A stretch of 64,000 nt of DNA from an uncultured Bacteroidales bacterium. GTDB taxonomy: Bacteria; Bacteroidota; Bacteroidia; Bacteroidales; Bacteroidaceae. Made by a program: the position numbers and the translations under genes. Where the stretch lies: contig CACYCZ010000078.1 of NCBI GenBank assembly GCA_902773055.1, positions 9,482 through 73,481 of the forward strand. Direction: 5' to 3'. This document shows, one piece after another, positions 1 to 8,876 of this stretch; within the stretch, counting starts at the first letter, position 1, and every line of letters starts with the position of its first letter. A model generated the notes under the pieces. That model was not told the origin of the DNA, did no database searches, and saw nothing but the letters and a program-made list of their open reading frames with translations.

Positions 1-3000
1 ATTTTACCAAACACGGCACTCTGATAGTAAGCACTGTTTCGGTCAGAAACAAAATATGCCATCAACTGCCTGCGCTTCAATATTATGCGCTCCATCCCAA
101 GTTCTCGTCCCGCACGGCGCAGTCCGTTAACCTTAAGCAAATCCTGAGCTTCGGGAGGAAGTTTGCCGAAACGGTCCTCCAGCTGCAAACGGAATTTTTC
201 TGTCTCCCCTTCACTTGTCAGACTGTTCAAATGCCTGTAGCAATCTATTCTCTCACTGTTACCGGGAATATACTCTTCAGGGAAGAACAGGGGCAGGTCG
301 CTCTCCAAATTGCACTCTGCCACAAAGACATCACCTCCCAGAGAATTATTTTTTTCCTTTTCATCAGCAAAGATATCTGAAAACTCATCATTCTTCAGTT
401 CGGCCACTGCCTCCGACAATACTTTCTGGTAGGTTTCATAGCCCAGGTCTGCGATAAAGCCACTTTGCTCTGCTCCAAGCAAATTGCCGGCACCGCGTAT
501 ATCCAGATCCTGCATAGCTATCTGAAGGCCGCTGCCCAGTTCACGATAGTTTTCTATTGCCTCCAGCCTTCGGCGGGCATCATCGTTCAGCGTGGCAAGC
601 GGTGGAGCAAGCAGGTAGCAAAACGCCTTCTTGTCGCCACGGCCCACACGACCACGCATCTGGTGCAGGTCACTGAGGCCATAATGCTGGGCATCGACGA
701 TGATTATCGTGTTGGCATTCGGGATATCAATACCATTTTCTATAATCGTCGTGCTCAACAGGACATCATACTCGTAATTGATGAAATCGACTACAACCTT
801 TTCCAGATCGGCAGGATTCATCTTTCCGTACCCCACTCCGACGCGGGCATCGGGGACATGCTTCAATATCATTTCCTTCAGTCCCGGCAGTGAGGCTATA
901 CGGTTGCATACGACAAAGACCTGACCTCCCCTGCTCATTTCATAGCCGATGGCATCAGCTATGATCTCGTGGCCGAACAGGTGTATTTCCGTATGTATCG
1001 GCAGGCGGTTGGCAGGCGGTGTCCGCAACACAGACAGGTCTCTCGCCCCCATCAGGCTGAACTGGAGAGTGCGCGGTATCGGTGTTGCCGACATAGCCAG
1101 GGTATCGATGTTTACACGCATCTGCCGCAGACGCTCCTTGGTCGCTACGCCAAATTTCTGCTCCTCGTCAATTATCAGCAATCCGAGGTCCTTGAACGTG
1201 ACGCCTTTGGCCAATAATTTCTGCGTCCCGATAACGATGTCTATCTGCCCTGAGGCCAGTCCCTCTGTAATCTCCCTCACTTTGGCAGCATTTTGCGCCC
1301 GGGTCAGATAAGCTGTTGTCACGCCGAAATCTTTCAGGCGGCTCGAAAAAGTCTGATAGTGCTGGTAGGCCAATACTGTCGTCGGCACCAGCACGGCTAC
1401 CTGTTTGCCGTCGGCTGCCGCCTTATAGGCTGCACGTATTGCTATTTCCGTCTTGCCAAAACCCACGTCACCGCATATCAGGCGATCCATCGGCCTGTCG
1501 CTTTCCATGTCGCGCTTTACGTCTGCCGTAACCTGCGTCTGGTCGGGAGTATCCTCATATTCAAAACTGGCTTCCAACTCATTCTGCAGATAGGAGTCCT
1601 TACTGTAGGCATAACCTTTCTGGCTGTAACGTTCGGAATACAGTTTAATCAGGTCACGGGCTATATCCTTGATACGCTTCTTGGTGCGCTCCTTCATGTT
1701 GTTCCAGGCACCGGTTCCCAGCCGGTTCAGGCGCGGGGCATCCTCGCCCGAGCCTTTGTACTTGCTTACCTTGGACAACTGGTGAATCGAGACATAGACC
1801 ACGTCTCCGCCGCTGTAGACAATCTTCATCATCTCCTGCTCGTTATCTCCTTCCGCTACGCGCACCAGGCCTTCAAAGCGTCCTATGCCATGGTCCATGT
1901 GAACGACATAGTCGCCCGCCCCAAATTCATGCAGTTCCTTAAGGGCCAGCGCCGTCTTGCCGCCTCTGACTCGTTCGCTGCGAAGTACGTAACGGTGTAT
2001 GCGGTCAAATATCTGATGGTCGGTATAGAAACATACTTTCAGCGTATCGTCCGTAAATCCGGCATGAAGGGTCTGGCTTACAGACGTAAATGCTATATCT
2101 TCCTGCATTCCCTCCAGGATATCGGCCATACGCTCATGCTGCGCCTTGTCAGAAGCCATGATATATATGCCGTATCCCCGACCTTGCAGGTCACCCAGAG
2201 CCTGAACCGTGAGGTCCATGTTCTTATGAAACTGAGGTTGCAGATGCGTCTTGAATGTCAGTTTTATGCCTGCATCGCCCTCTTTTTTGTCAGCAAGAAA
2301 GACCTTGCGAAAACGATTTGTCCGCTGTTCCCAGTCAAGTCCGTCATACAGCAGTTGCTCCCTGTCCAAGGGAAGGCTTTCCGTCTCGTCGTCACTGCGC
2401 CCCCTCGCCCGACGCTCCACCTCAGCCTGCGGAGAGAATCCCGTTGCATACACTCCCTTCACGACATCGCTTACATATTGTTCATTGCGCATGACCACAA
2501 CCGCATCATCGGGCAGCAGCGACCAGAACGGACACCCCTTATCCTTAGGAGCTTGTATATCGGCTGCGAGGGAAACGTGTTCACGTTTCTCCCTCGAAAG
2601 TTGCGTGTCAACGTCAAACGTGCGGATGGAATCTATCCTGTCGCCGAAGAAATCAATCCTCACAGGATATTCCGATGCGTAGGAAAACACGTCCAGTATA
2701 CTGCCTCTCACGCTAAACTGTCCGGGTTCATAGACATAGTCGGTACGGCTCATACCCATGTCCAGAAGCTGGCATTCCAGCTGGTACATGTTGATTTCCT
2801 CTCCCACAGCCAGGACTACCGTGGCCTGTTCCACGGCCTGCGCCGGGGCGACCTTCACGCTCAGGGCTTCGGGATAACTCACGACGACCAGTCCCTGAGG
2901 CCTCGCCGTCAGCCTGCCGAGCACCTCCGTGCGCAGGATTCTGCCGGCATCATCGGCCCTGCCGAATTTCACGGCGCGTTTGAAACCGCTGGGCATGAAC

Positions 3001-3245
3001 AACACGTCATCCTCACCTCGCAACTGCAACATGTCATGGTAAAAACAGCCCGCCTCGTCCTCGTCAGCCATGACCACCATCACCGGAACCTCCATAGCGG
3101 GAAGCGCAGCTACGGTCATAGCCGCCGCCGAGCCCTGCAGGTTTTCCAGATAGACATCGTCTTTCCGGCCACTCCGGATAAGGGCAACAAAATCCTTGCA
3201 GAGCGGATGCCCGGCAAAGATTTTTCCCAGTTCAGAAACATTCAT
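1..3245 (-). CDS. mfd: Transcription-repair coupling factor Mfd (partial; C-terminus lies beyond the left edge)
   Basis: The minus-strand frame is open from the window edge to the ATG at 3245. It is absent from the ORF track because it runs off the edge. The N-terminus reads MNVSELGKIFAGHPLCKDF. By-eye translation gives DRLICGDVGFGKTEIAIRAAYKAAADGKQVAVLVPT (about 1390-1500) and LGLLIIDEEQKFGV (about 1141-1190), the Mfd/RecG-type helicase motifs I and II. The listed + ORF 1293..3308 is its antisense shadow. Confidence 0.9.
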   Translation of the reverse strand, partial: MNVSELGKIFAGHPLCKDFVALIRSGRKDDVYLENLQGSAAAMTVAALPAMEVPVMVVMADEDEAGCFYHDMLQLRGEDDVLFMPSGFKRAVKFGRADDAGRILRTEVLGRLTARPQGLVVVSYPEALSVKVAPAQAVEQATVVLAVGEEINMYQLECQLLDMGMSRTDYVYEPGQFSVRGSILDVFSYASEYPVRIDFFGDRIDSIRTFDVDTQLSREKREHVSLAADIQAPKDKGCPFWSLLPDDAVVVMRNEQYVSDVVKGVYATGFSPQAEVERRARGRSDDETESLPLDREQLLYDGLDWEQRTNRFRKVFLADKKEGDAGIKLTFKTHLQPQFHKNMDLTVQALGDLQGRGYGIYIMASDKAQHERMADILEGMQEDIAFTSVSQTLHAGFTDDTLKVCFYTDHQIFDRIHRYVLRSERVRGGKTALALKELHEFGAGDYVVHMDHGIGRFEGLVRVAEGDNEQEMMKIVYSGGDVVYVSIHQLSKVSKYKGSGEDAPRLNRLGTGAWNNMKERTKKRIKDIARDLIKLYSERYSQKGYAYSKDSYLQNELEASFEYEDTPDQTQVTADVKRDMESDRPMDRLICGDVGFGKTEIAIRAAYKAAADGKQVAVLVPTTVLAYQHYQTFSSRLKDFGVTTAYLTRAQNAAKVREITEGLASGQIDIVIGTQKLLAKGVTFKDLGLLIIDEEQKFGVATKERLRQMRVNIDTLAMSATPIPRTLQFSLMGARDLSVLRTPPANRLPIHTEIHLFGHEIIADAIGYEMSRGGQVFVVCNRIASLPGLKEMILKHVPDARVGVGYGKMNPADLEKVVVDFINYEYDVLLSTTIIENGIDIPNANTIIIVDAQHYGLSDLHQMRGRVGRGDKKAFCYLLAPPLATLNDDARRRLEAIENYRELGSGLQIAMQDLDIRGAGNLLGAEQSGFIADLGYETYQKVLSEAVAELKNDEFSDIFADEKEKNNSLGGDVFVAECNLESDLPLFFPEEYIPGNSERIDCYRHLNSLTSEGETEKFRLQLEDRFGKLPPEAQDLLKVNGLRRAGRELGMERIILKRRQLMAYFVSDRNSAYYQSAVFGK

Positions 3246-3369
3246 GATGCGAAGTTACGTTTTTTTTCGTTGCCGTCCGATACAATTGCGCCACAATCTC
3301 CCGCCTGATTCCCCCTAAGGGGGAATGAAAGGAATGGAGAGCCCTGAACCGTTCCGCTTTCACTGCCAT

Positions 3370-3474
3370 AAAATTTATGTTTCCCGATGGTGAATATATG
3401 TTCCGCGATGCTGAACGTATGTTTACCGATGGGAAATGTATATTCAGCATCGGGGAACATAAAAAATATCGGGA
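3370..3474. repeat. Dispersed intergenic element, copy A: five tandem 21-bp units (TGAAYRTATGTTYNCCGATGG-like)
   Basis: The units are aaaatttatgtttcccgatgg / tgaatatatgttccgcgatgc / tgaacgtatgtttaccgatgg / gaaatgtatattcagcatcgg / ggaacataaaaaatatcggga. The same architecture recurs at 24738, 44694 and 57517. Confidence 0.8.
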
Positions 3475-3556
3475 ATGCGTACTCTTTCCGACGCCTGAGG
3501 GCACTTCTGGTATCGGAAAGAAAAGAAATTACTGAAACAGGGGGATGGTTACAACG

Positions 3557-4717
3557 TCAGTCAAAGGATATGATGACCGACTTTTTGGTTATCGTTGACA
3601 GCGCAGGAGTGCCGCTTACGGTGATGTGGTCGCGCGGATCCTCGCTTTCTGACCCGTTGTCGCAGGCCCAACTTTTTCTGACCGTAGCCGTAAGGCTGCC
3701 GCCCCGGATGATAATGCCGGTGTCGCTCTTCAGAGCCTTGGGCTTGGAGTTATTGTTTTCTCCCGTGGTTTTGGCCACAAGGACACCGCCACTGATCTCT
3801 ATATTCTCCTGACAACGGATGCCTTTGCCGCCATCGCCGGAGCTGGTCAGCGTGAGCACGCCGCCGGTCATGGAGAAGAGGCTGTCGCTCTTGATGCATG
3901 CTGCCGACGATGTATCGGCGACGCCATCAACGGTTTCTATCTTGCAGTCGCCTGTGGTATTGACGGTCACGGTGCCGCCACTGATTAACGTGCGTGCCTC
4001 ACTGCGTATGCCTCGTCCGCCGGGCGAAGCGACATCTATGAAAAGAGTCCCGTCGTGGATAAACACGCCGTCGTTGGCTTTCAGGCCGTTGGTTCCGGTA
4101 GGAGAAACGACAATGTCGACATGGGTACTGTCGTCAAAGGTGATGTAATCGTCGCTGGCAATGGCATTCCTGCTGTTGGCATGGACGGTAAGGGTGCCTG
4201 TTCCCCTGAAATAGAGCTGTCCCTCACTGAAGAGCGTTGCCTTTTGGTCATAATCCCTCTGCGCATAGGTGGCGCCGTCGGCAAGGACGCTGGCCGTTCC
4301 CGGCGTGCAGCAGACGATGAGCGACTTGGTACACTGGTTGTTGATAGCTGGGCCGCTGCCGTTGGTGATGCTGACATCGTTGAGGAGAATGCTGTATTTC
4401 CTGCTTCTGAAAACTGTCAGGGAACCGTCTGGCGTACTTCCGCTCAACACCAGCAGCATACCTGATGTTGACTGGGTTGCACTGACGGTAACGTGAGCGC
4501 CGCTGGCAGTGACATAGCCATGAATATCATTGGCAACCGTGGCAACAGTGCCATCATATACTATATATATTGTATCCCAAGGAACATCGTCGTCATCGTC
4601 ATCTGATGAGTCTGTGACCAAGGCATAGTTGCTGAACGAGCTGTCATCGTTCTCACACGAGGGAAACAGCGTCACGGCAAAAAACAGGGATAAAAGGCGT
4701 AGAATTGTTTTTTTCAT
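3557..4717 (-). CDS. Lipoprotein, predicted beta-helix carbohydrate-binding protein (Cthe_2159-like family, from memory)
   Basis: It has an SPII signal (MKKTILRLLSLFFAVTLFPSC) and a poly-Asp tract (SSDDDDDDV). Repetitive GG-x-(V/L)-x-(V/I) turns such as ISGGTVTVNTTGD, MTGGVLTLTSSGDGGKG and ISGGVLVAKTTGE are typical of parallel beta-helix proteins. Confidence 0.55.
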   Translation of the reverse strand: MKKTILRLLSLFFAVTLFPSCENDDSSFSNYALVTDSSDDDDDDVPWDTIYIVYDGTVATVANDIHGYVTASGAHVTVSATQSTSGMLLVLSGSTPDGSLTVFRSRKYSILLNDVSITNGSGPAINNQCTKSLIVCCTPGTASVLADGATYAQRDYDQKATLFSEGQLYFRGTGTLTVHANSRNAIASDDYITFDDSTHVDIVVSPTGTNGLKANDGVFIHDGTLFIDVASPGGRGIRSEARTLISGGTVTVNTTGDCKIETVDGVADTSSAACIKSDSLFSMTGGVLTLTSSGDGGKGIRCQENIEISGGVLVAKTTGENNNSKPKALKSDTGIIIRGGSLTATVRKSWACDNGSESEDPRDHITVSGTPALSTITKKSVIISFD

Positions 4718-4742
4718 AACAGAATGGGCAGTACAAGAGGGA

Positions 4743-5516
4743 TTAAAATTTGAATTTATAGGTCACACCGGCATAATGCATGTCGGGCACATCGTCATCA
4801 TCAGCCTGTCGTATATCCTGCAGACGGTAAAACAGTGTCAGCACATGATGACGCCCGATCTTTACATCAGTACCTGCATTATAACGTATCTTCTCCGTCT
4901 GCCAGCTGTTGTAGAGTTCCATATTGACATAGGGGGTAAAGCGTGAGCGTTTCCTGTCATATTCAATCTGAAAGCGTGAACGCAGTTGGTTCTTGCCTTT
5001 TGCACCACGGACATAGTTGCCGTCGAGTTTCATGGTCTGGGCGGCAACATCCAGCTTATAGCGCTCAGGGGTTGCCAACGGACGATAGGTATACTGCCAA
5101 CGCTCGCGCAAGGACAGGCGTATATTATTGCTGAACTTATGGCTGAGTGTGAACGAGGCATGGAAACGATGGCGGAACCCCCAGTAACTGGGACGCCATT
5201 TTATCTTTGCATTACTGGCTGCAGAGATATAGTCTTCACGTTTCTCGGAGAAATGGTTGTCGAGCAGTACATAGCCGGCACTGGCCTTGACCCACTTAAG
5301 ACATTTGTAATCAGCATACAGTCCTACGCTCCAACGATCCATTGTCTTAAAATCATTGCGGGTACGCATGTCGGCTTCCATACCCACGGTCCATTTCTTG
5401 GTCATCTTCTTTTCAGCCTCAAGCCCGGTTATCAAGCCACCTTCGCTCCGGCCGTAAACCTGGCCCGACAACAGAGAGGCCATGACAAGAAGCAACGTCA
5501 GTTGATATTTTTCCAT
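4743..5516 (-). CDS. DUF2490-like outer-membrane beta-barrel protein
   Basis: It has a signal peptide (MEKYQLTLLLVMASLLSGQVYG), alternating amphipathic strands, and a C-terminal aromatic residue (..GVTYKFKF). It sits in the conserved VTC/DUF4956 neighbourhood. Confidence 0.5.
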   Translation of the reverse strand: MEKYQLTLLLVMASLLSGQVYGRSEGGLITGLEAEKKMTKKWTVGMEADMRTRNDFKTMDRWSVGLYADYKCLKWVKASAGYVLLDNHFSEKREDYISAASNAKIKWRPSYWGFRHRFHASFTLSHKFSNNIRLSLRERWQYTYRPLATPERYKLDVAAQTMKLDGNYVRGAKGKNQLRSRFQIEYDRKRSRFTPYVNMELYNSWQTEKIRYNAGTDVKIGRHHVLTLFYRLQDIRQADDDDVPDMHYAGVTYKFKF

Positions 5517-6184
5517 TGTGATTTCGTGACCTTAAATTGTCTGTCAATATCCTTATGCCCAGCCTCACCGTCAGCATAAGTAATCCTCAGTACAGCCGCA
5601 TCCTTCAGGAAATCGATTCCGCCGACTTCCACCTGTTTGATATCAAGCCCGGTACGTTCTTTCAAATCAGCCACCAATTCATCGTAGCGCTCAGGCTTTA
5701 TCAGCTCAATCCTGTCATACTGCACAAGCTTGGTATGTTGTATCTTCAATTTCTTTTCACACATATAGATAAGCAATATGACTATACAATCCATCGCGGC
5801 GAGCTTGCCGAAATCAGTTACATTGTCGATATACTTATTCTCAACATTCACCATAGCATGCACCACAGAGAGGCATACTATGATAAACAAATAGGTCATC
5901 TCCCTCACCGGCATAGTATCGGTGCGGTAGCGCATTATACTGAAAATACCAAACAGGCCCAAGCCTACGCCCATTGTCGCTTTTCCCCTGTCCATGCCCA
6001 TCATGAAGTAAACCAAGAAGAATATGGCCACGGAAATCAACATAAAGGTAAAATAGAAATCGCGACGCCTGCACTTGCGGTAATAGAGATATTCTATGAT
6101 AAACCCATTTACACAAATGCAGATAATGAATCTCATTATCACGTTGCAGTATTCGCTTGAAAACAGTTTTACAATCAAATCCAT
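5498..6184 (-). CDS. DUF4956-like integral membrane protein
   Basis: I place the start at MDLIVKLF (6184) rather than the track start at 6277. It is a multi-TM protein (FFLVYFMMGMD.., GLGLFGIFSIMRYRT). Its ATG overlaps the stop of the upstream VTC gene within ATGGATTTGA, a 10-nt overlap. Confidence 0.6.
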   Translation of the reverse strand: MDLIVKLFSSEYCNVIMRFIICICVNGFIIEYLYYRKCRRRDFYFTFMLISVAIFFLVYFMMGMDRGKATMGVGLGLFGIFSIMRYRTDTMPVREMTYLFIIVCLSVVHAMVNVENKYIDNVTDFGKLAAMDCIVILLIYMCEKKLKIQHTKLVQYDRIELIKPERYDELVADLKERTGLDIKQVEVGGIDFLKDAAVLRITYADGEAGHKDIDRQFKVTKSQWKNIN

Positions 6185-6936
6185 ATATGTGTGTTTAATA
6201 TCTTTTCTACATCTCTTAATTTCTCCTTGAACCGATTCACAGGCAATGCCCCGTTTGTCATTGCCGCTCCCATACAATATTTGCTGAACCCATGAGGATG
6301 AATGTGCAAACGGCGGAGAATCTCCAATGCAGGCGAGAAAACATGACTGTCACGCTTGAGCTCAACGATAACCAACGGACCCGTCTCAAAATCAGAATCG
6401 GTCCGCAAATTATGAAATTTCAATGATGTGTCTATGGTCAGGCGTTCTGTCATACTTTTATTGACTAACGTCATACGATTAAAAAAATTGTGCATATGAG
6501 GGACCAGACTGTCTGCATCATAGCACAGATAATGAGCTAGAAACTCCCTTTTTTCATTTCCGGCAAGGTTCATGTCTGCTACCGCAATGCGCTTTTTCTT
6601 TGTACGCCCATGGTTGTTCTTGGTCTTTACTTCCAAAAACTGCTGTCCTGATAACACATAGGTACGAAAGCGGATTTTCTGCCGGTTAACATGCCCATGC
6701 TGATGCCGGCAATACATATCGCAGGCCTCCGTGTCATAATAGGTCGTCTCGTATATCATATTACGCTCACCGTCAACATCCTGGATATAGTAATCATTGC
6801 GTGCCATATCCAATAGCGGGACAAGCATGTCTGCCGTTGTGACAAACTTGGTATCTATCCTGTTCATCAACTTTACCCCGTCCATTTGCTGAAGCAAAAT
6901 CGGCAGATAAGAATCCGTGAGCTGCTTTAATGTCAT
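6175..6936 (-). CDS. VTC-domain (polyphosphate polymerase / triphosphate-tunnel) protein
   Basis: MNRIDTKFV, TTYYDT, RQKIRFRTY and FLEVKTKNNHGRTKKKR match the conserved strand pattern of bacterial VTC/CYTH-like domains as I remember it. Confidence 0.6.
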   Translation of the reverse strand: MTLKQLTDSYLPILLQQMDGVKLMNRIDTKFVTTADMLVPLLDMARNDYYIQDVDGERNMIYETTYYDTEACDMYCRHQHGHVNRQKIRFRTYVLSGQQFLEVKTKNNHGRTKKKRIAVADMNLAGNEKREFLAHYLCYDADSLVPHMHNFFNRMTLVNKSMTERLTIDTSLKFHNLRTDSDFETGPLVIVELKRDSHVFSPALEILRRLHIHPHGFSKYCMGAAMTNGALPVNRFKEKLRDVEKILNTHIWI

Positions 6937-7170
6937 ATCAATCCACTATGCATATATCCTCTTTCCAGTGAGTCGGGTGAGCCATGCCGGCAACGGCAAG
7001 CTCATTTTTTGAACTTTTCCGTTCCATCAGCGACTGCACGTAAGTATTATAAACACAAAATTACAAGGTTTATTTAAATCGTAACACACACTATACCAGA
7101 TATATTTTGACAGAAGGTCGTTTTCTTTTGTCAGTTCCTCTGCCCGGACAGTAACTGAAACACATGCACA

Positions 7171-8145
7171 TCATAAGACAGGAACAGGCTTACCCTTTTT
7201 CCAACGTACACGCACCTTGGATAGCATCCACGTTTTACCATGGGTATTGTTACCTTGGAAGAAGAGGTATGTCCTACCATGCCGGTCACGGAAGATACAC
7301 GGATGCCCGGACTCACTTTCGTTCCAATAACCGGCTTTCCCGTTTCGCAAGAAAGGTGTGGTATACAGGCGCTTCCACGATATACCGTCAGTACTCTCCG
7401 CCACACCTATCTGCTGCGGTGCATTATTGTATGCCCCGGCATAAAACATATAAAGGCGCGAACCTTTTCTGATAACTGTCGCTCCTTCTATGCACTTGCC
7501 CTCCCACGGCAAACGAGGGGAAAGTATCGCACTGTCACTCATCTGCGTCCAGGCAGACCGGCTGAAATCGGTCGTCAGCGGCGCTGCAGCAACACCCAAC
7601 TGCTGTATTTCGAATTTCTCATCACGGGTGGCAAAATACAAGAAATAATGTCCCTTGTATTCATATACCTCTGCATCTATGGCCCGTCCACAGGTCCACC
7701 CCTCCCCTTGAGGCCTGAAAATGGGATTGGTAGCATTCCTGGTAAAATGCAGTCCGTCGGTAGTATAGGCATGACAAATGGCATCTTTCCGGCCATTTCC
7801 ATATATCTGGTAGAACAGGTGCAAGGTATCGTTGCGGACGAGTGCGCCGGGAGCACAGAGCCCCTTAGCCTCATAAGATGTTTCGGGCGTTATTTCCCCA
7901 ATCTTGTTCCACTGTATCAAATCCCTGCTTTCAGCTATGCCGATATTCCAACCACCCCCTTTGTCTTTATATGGCGGCAACGAATAATACATCAGGTAGC
8001 GGCCTTTATAGTCTACCACTACAGGATCTTTGGCAAAGGGCACTCCGCATCGTGAAGTATCTCTGTAACACATAAAACGGTGCTTTGCGCTCACCTGTAT
8101 GCAACAGGCGGACAAGGCGACAAGCAGTATAAGTATTTTTTTCAT
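7171..8145 (-). CDS. Secreted five-bladed beta-propeller glycoside-hydrolase-like protein (GH43 clan)
   Basis: It has a signal peptide. Repeated blade motifs are DPVVVDYKGRYLMYYS, IGIAESRDLIQW, HAYTTDGLHF, AIDAEVYEYKGHYFLYFA, IEGATVIRKGSRLYMFYAG and IGVAESTDGISW. Confidence 0.55.
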   Translation of the reverse strand: MKKILILLVALSACCIQVSAKHRFMCYRDTSRCGVPFAKDPVVVDYKGRYLMYYSLPPYKDKGGGWNIGIAESRDLIQWNKIGEITPETSYEAKGLCAPGALVRNDTLHLFYQIYGNGRKDAICHAYTTDGLHFTRNATNPIFRPQGEGWTCGRAIDAEVYEYKGHYFLYFATRDEKFEIQQLGVAAAPLTTDFSRSAWTQMSDSAILSPRLPWEGKCIEGATVIRKGSRLYMFYAGAYNNAPQQIGVAESTDGISWKRLYTTPFLRNGKAGYWNESESGHPCIFRDRHGRTYLFFQGNNTHGKTWMLSKVRVRWKKGKPVPVL

Positions 8146-8876
8146 TGCAGGTGAGTTGGTAAATCGTCATGGATGATCTGCCGCGAGCGCTCCATGAGGT
8201 CATAGATATCATTTCTGCCTTTTTCATGAGGGAAGATAGGCTGGTGAATAATCATGCGCAGTTTGCGGCGACGGATAAAACTGATACCCTTGGCTTTGGG
8301 CAAGACATAAAACGGCCCGTCCAACGTAATGGGCACAATGGGCAACTGGAGATAGTCGGCCAGCAGAAAACCGCCCTTATGGAATTTTCCCATCCGGCCT
8401 GTCTTGGAGCGGGTGCCCTCGGGAAAGACAACAACTGAAATTCCTCCCTGAAGAATCTTGCAGGCATCCTGCATGGTTTCATAAACAGTTGTCGGTGAAG
8501 ATTGGTCCACAAATATGTGACGAGCCTTTTTGCAGGCAAAACCAACAAACGGTATTTTTTCAAGCGATTTCTTCATCATCCATCTGAATTGATGATTGAG
8601 AAATCCGAAAATAAGGAATATATCAAAGGCACCCTGATGGTTGGCTACAAAGACATAAGAAGTATTGGGGTCTATATTGTCCTGACCCTCCACCTCCACA
8701 GGCAAAAGCAGTATGCGACAGAACATCCATGACCAGACAACGGCCGGCCAGTAGCCCCAAAAACGGCCGTTTCCTACCGTACAGCCCACAATAGTGACAA
8801 TCGCCGTTGCCAGCGTGATGATTATCAGCAACGGAGCCGCAATACAGACTTGATATATATTATATAGTATTCTCAT
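8142..8876 (-). CDS. plsC: 1-acyl-sn-glycerol-3-phosphate (lysophospholipid) acyltransferase
   Basis: It carries the HX4D motif (VANHQGAFDIF) and the FPEGTRS motif (VVVFPEGTRSKTG). I prefer the start at MRILYNIYQ (8876). The track start at 8903 would overlap the upstream gene by 44 nt. Confidence 0.8.
   Translation of the reverse strand: MRILYNIYQVCIAAPLLIIITLATAIVTIVGCTVGNGRFWGYWPAVVWSWMFCRILLLPVEVEGQDNIDPNTSYVFVANHQGAFDIFLIFGFLNHQFRWMMKKSLEKIPFVGFACKKARHIFVDQSSPTTVYETMQDACKILQGGISVVVFPEGTRSKTGRMGKFHKGGFLLADYLQLPIVPITLDGPFYVLPKAKGISFIRRRKLRMIIHQPIFPHEKGRNDIYDLMERSRQIIHDDLPTHLQ

Noticed and set aside
1293-3308. 671-aa + strand ORF, the longest ORF in the track at the left end.
   Set aside because: It is antisense to a minus-strand frame that carries unmistakable Mfd helicase motifs. 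Its own translation is His/Arg/Cys-rich with no recognisable motif. It is a shadow ORF.
3370-3474. I considered whether the 21-bp tandem arrays are mini CRISPR arrays.
   Set aside because: The units are contiguous with no unique spacers. There are only five degenerate units, the same array recurs at four loci, and the window has no cas genes.
3232-3812. ORFs 3232..3504 (-), 3242..3460 (-) and 3387..3812 (+), with repetitive peptides; similar ones lie at 24598..24993, 44588..44916 and 57429..57702.
   Set aside because: The peptide periodicity is an artefact of the 21-bp (7-codon) DNA repeat being open in several frames on both strands. No start context or signal is present, and the sequences overlap the ends of real genes.
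5498-6277. Track start (6277) for the DUF4956-like gene, which gives a 31-aa N-terminal extension.
   Set aside because: The extension overlaps the 3' end of the VTC gene by about 100 nt and is hydrophilic junk. The internal ATG at 6184 gives the classic short overlap with the upstream stop.
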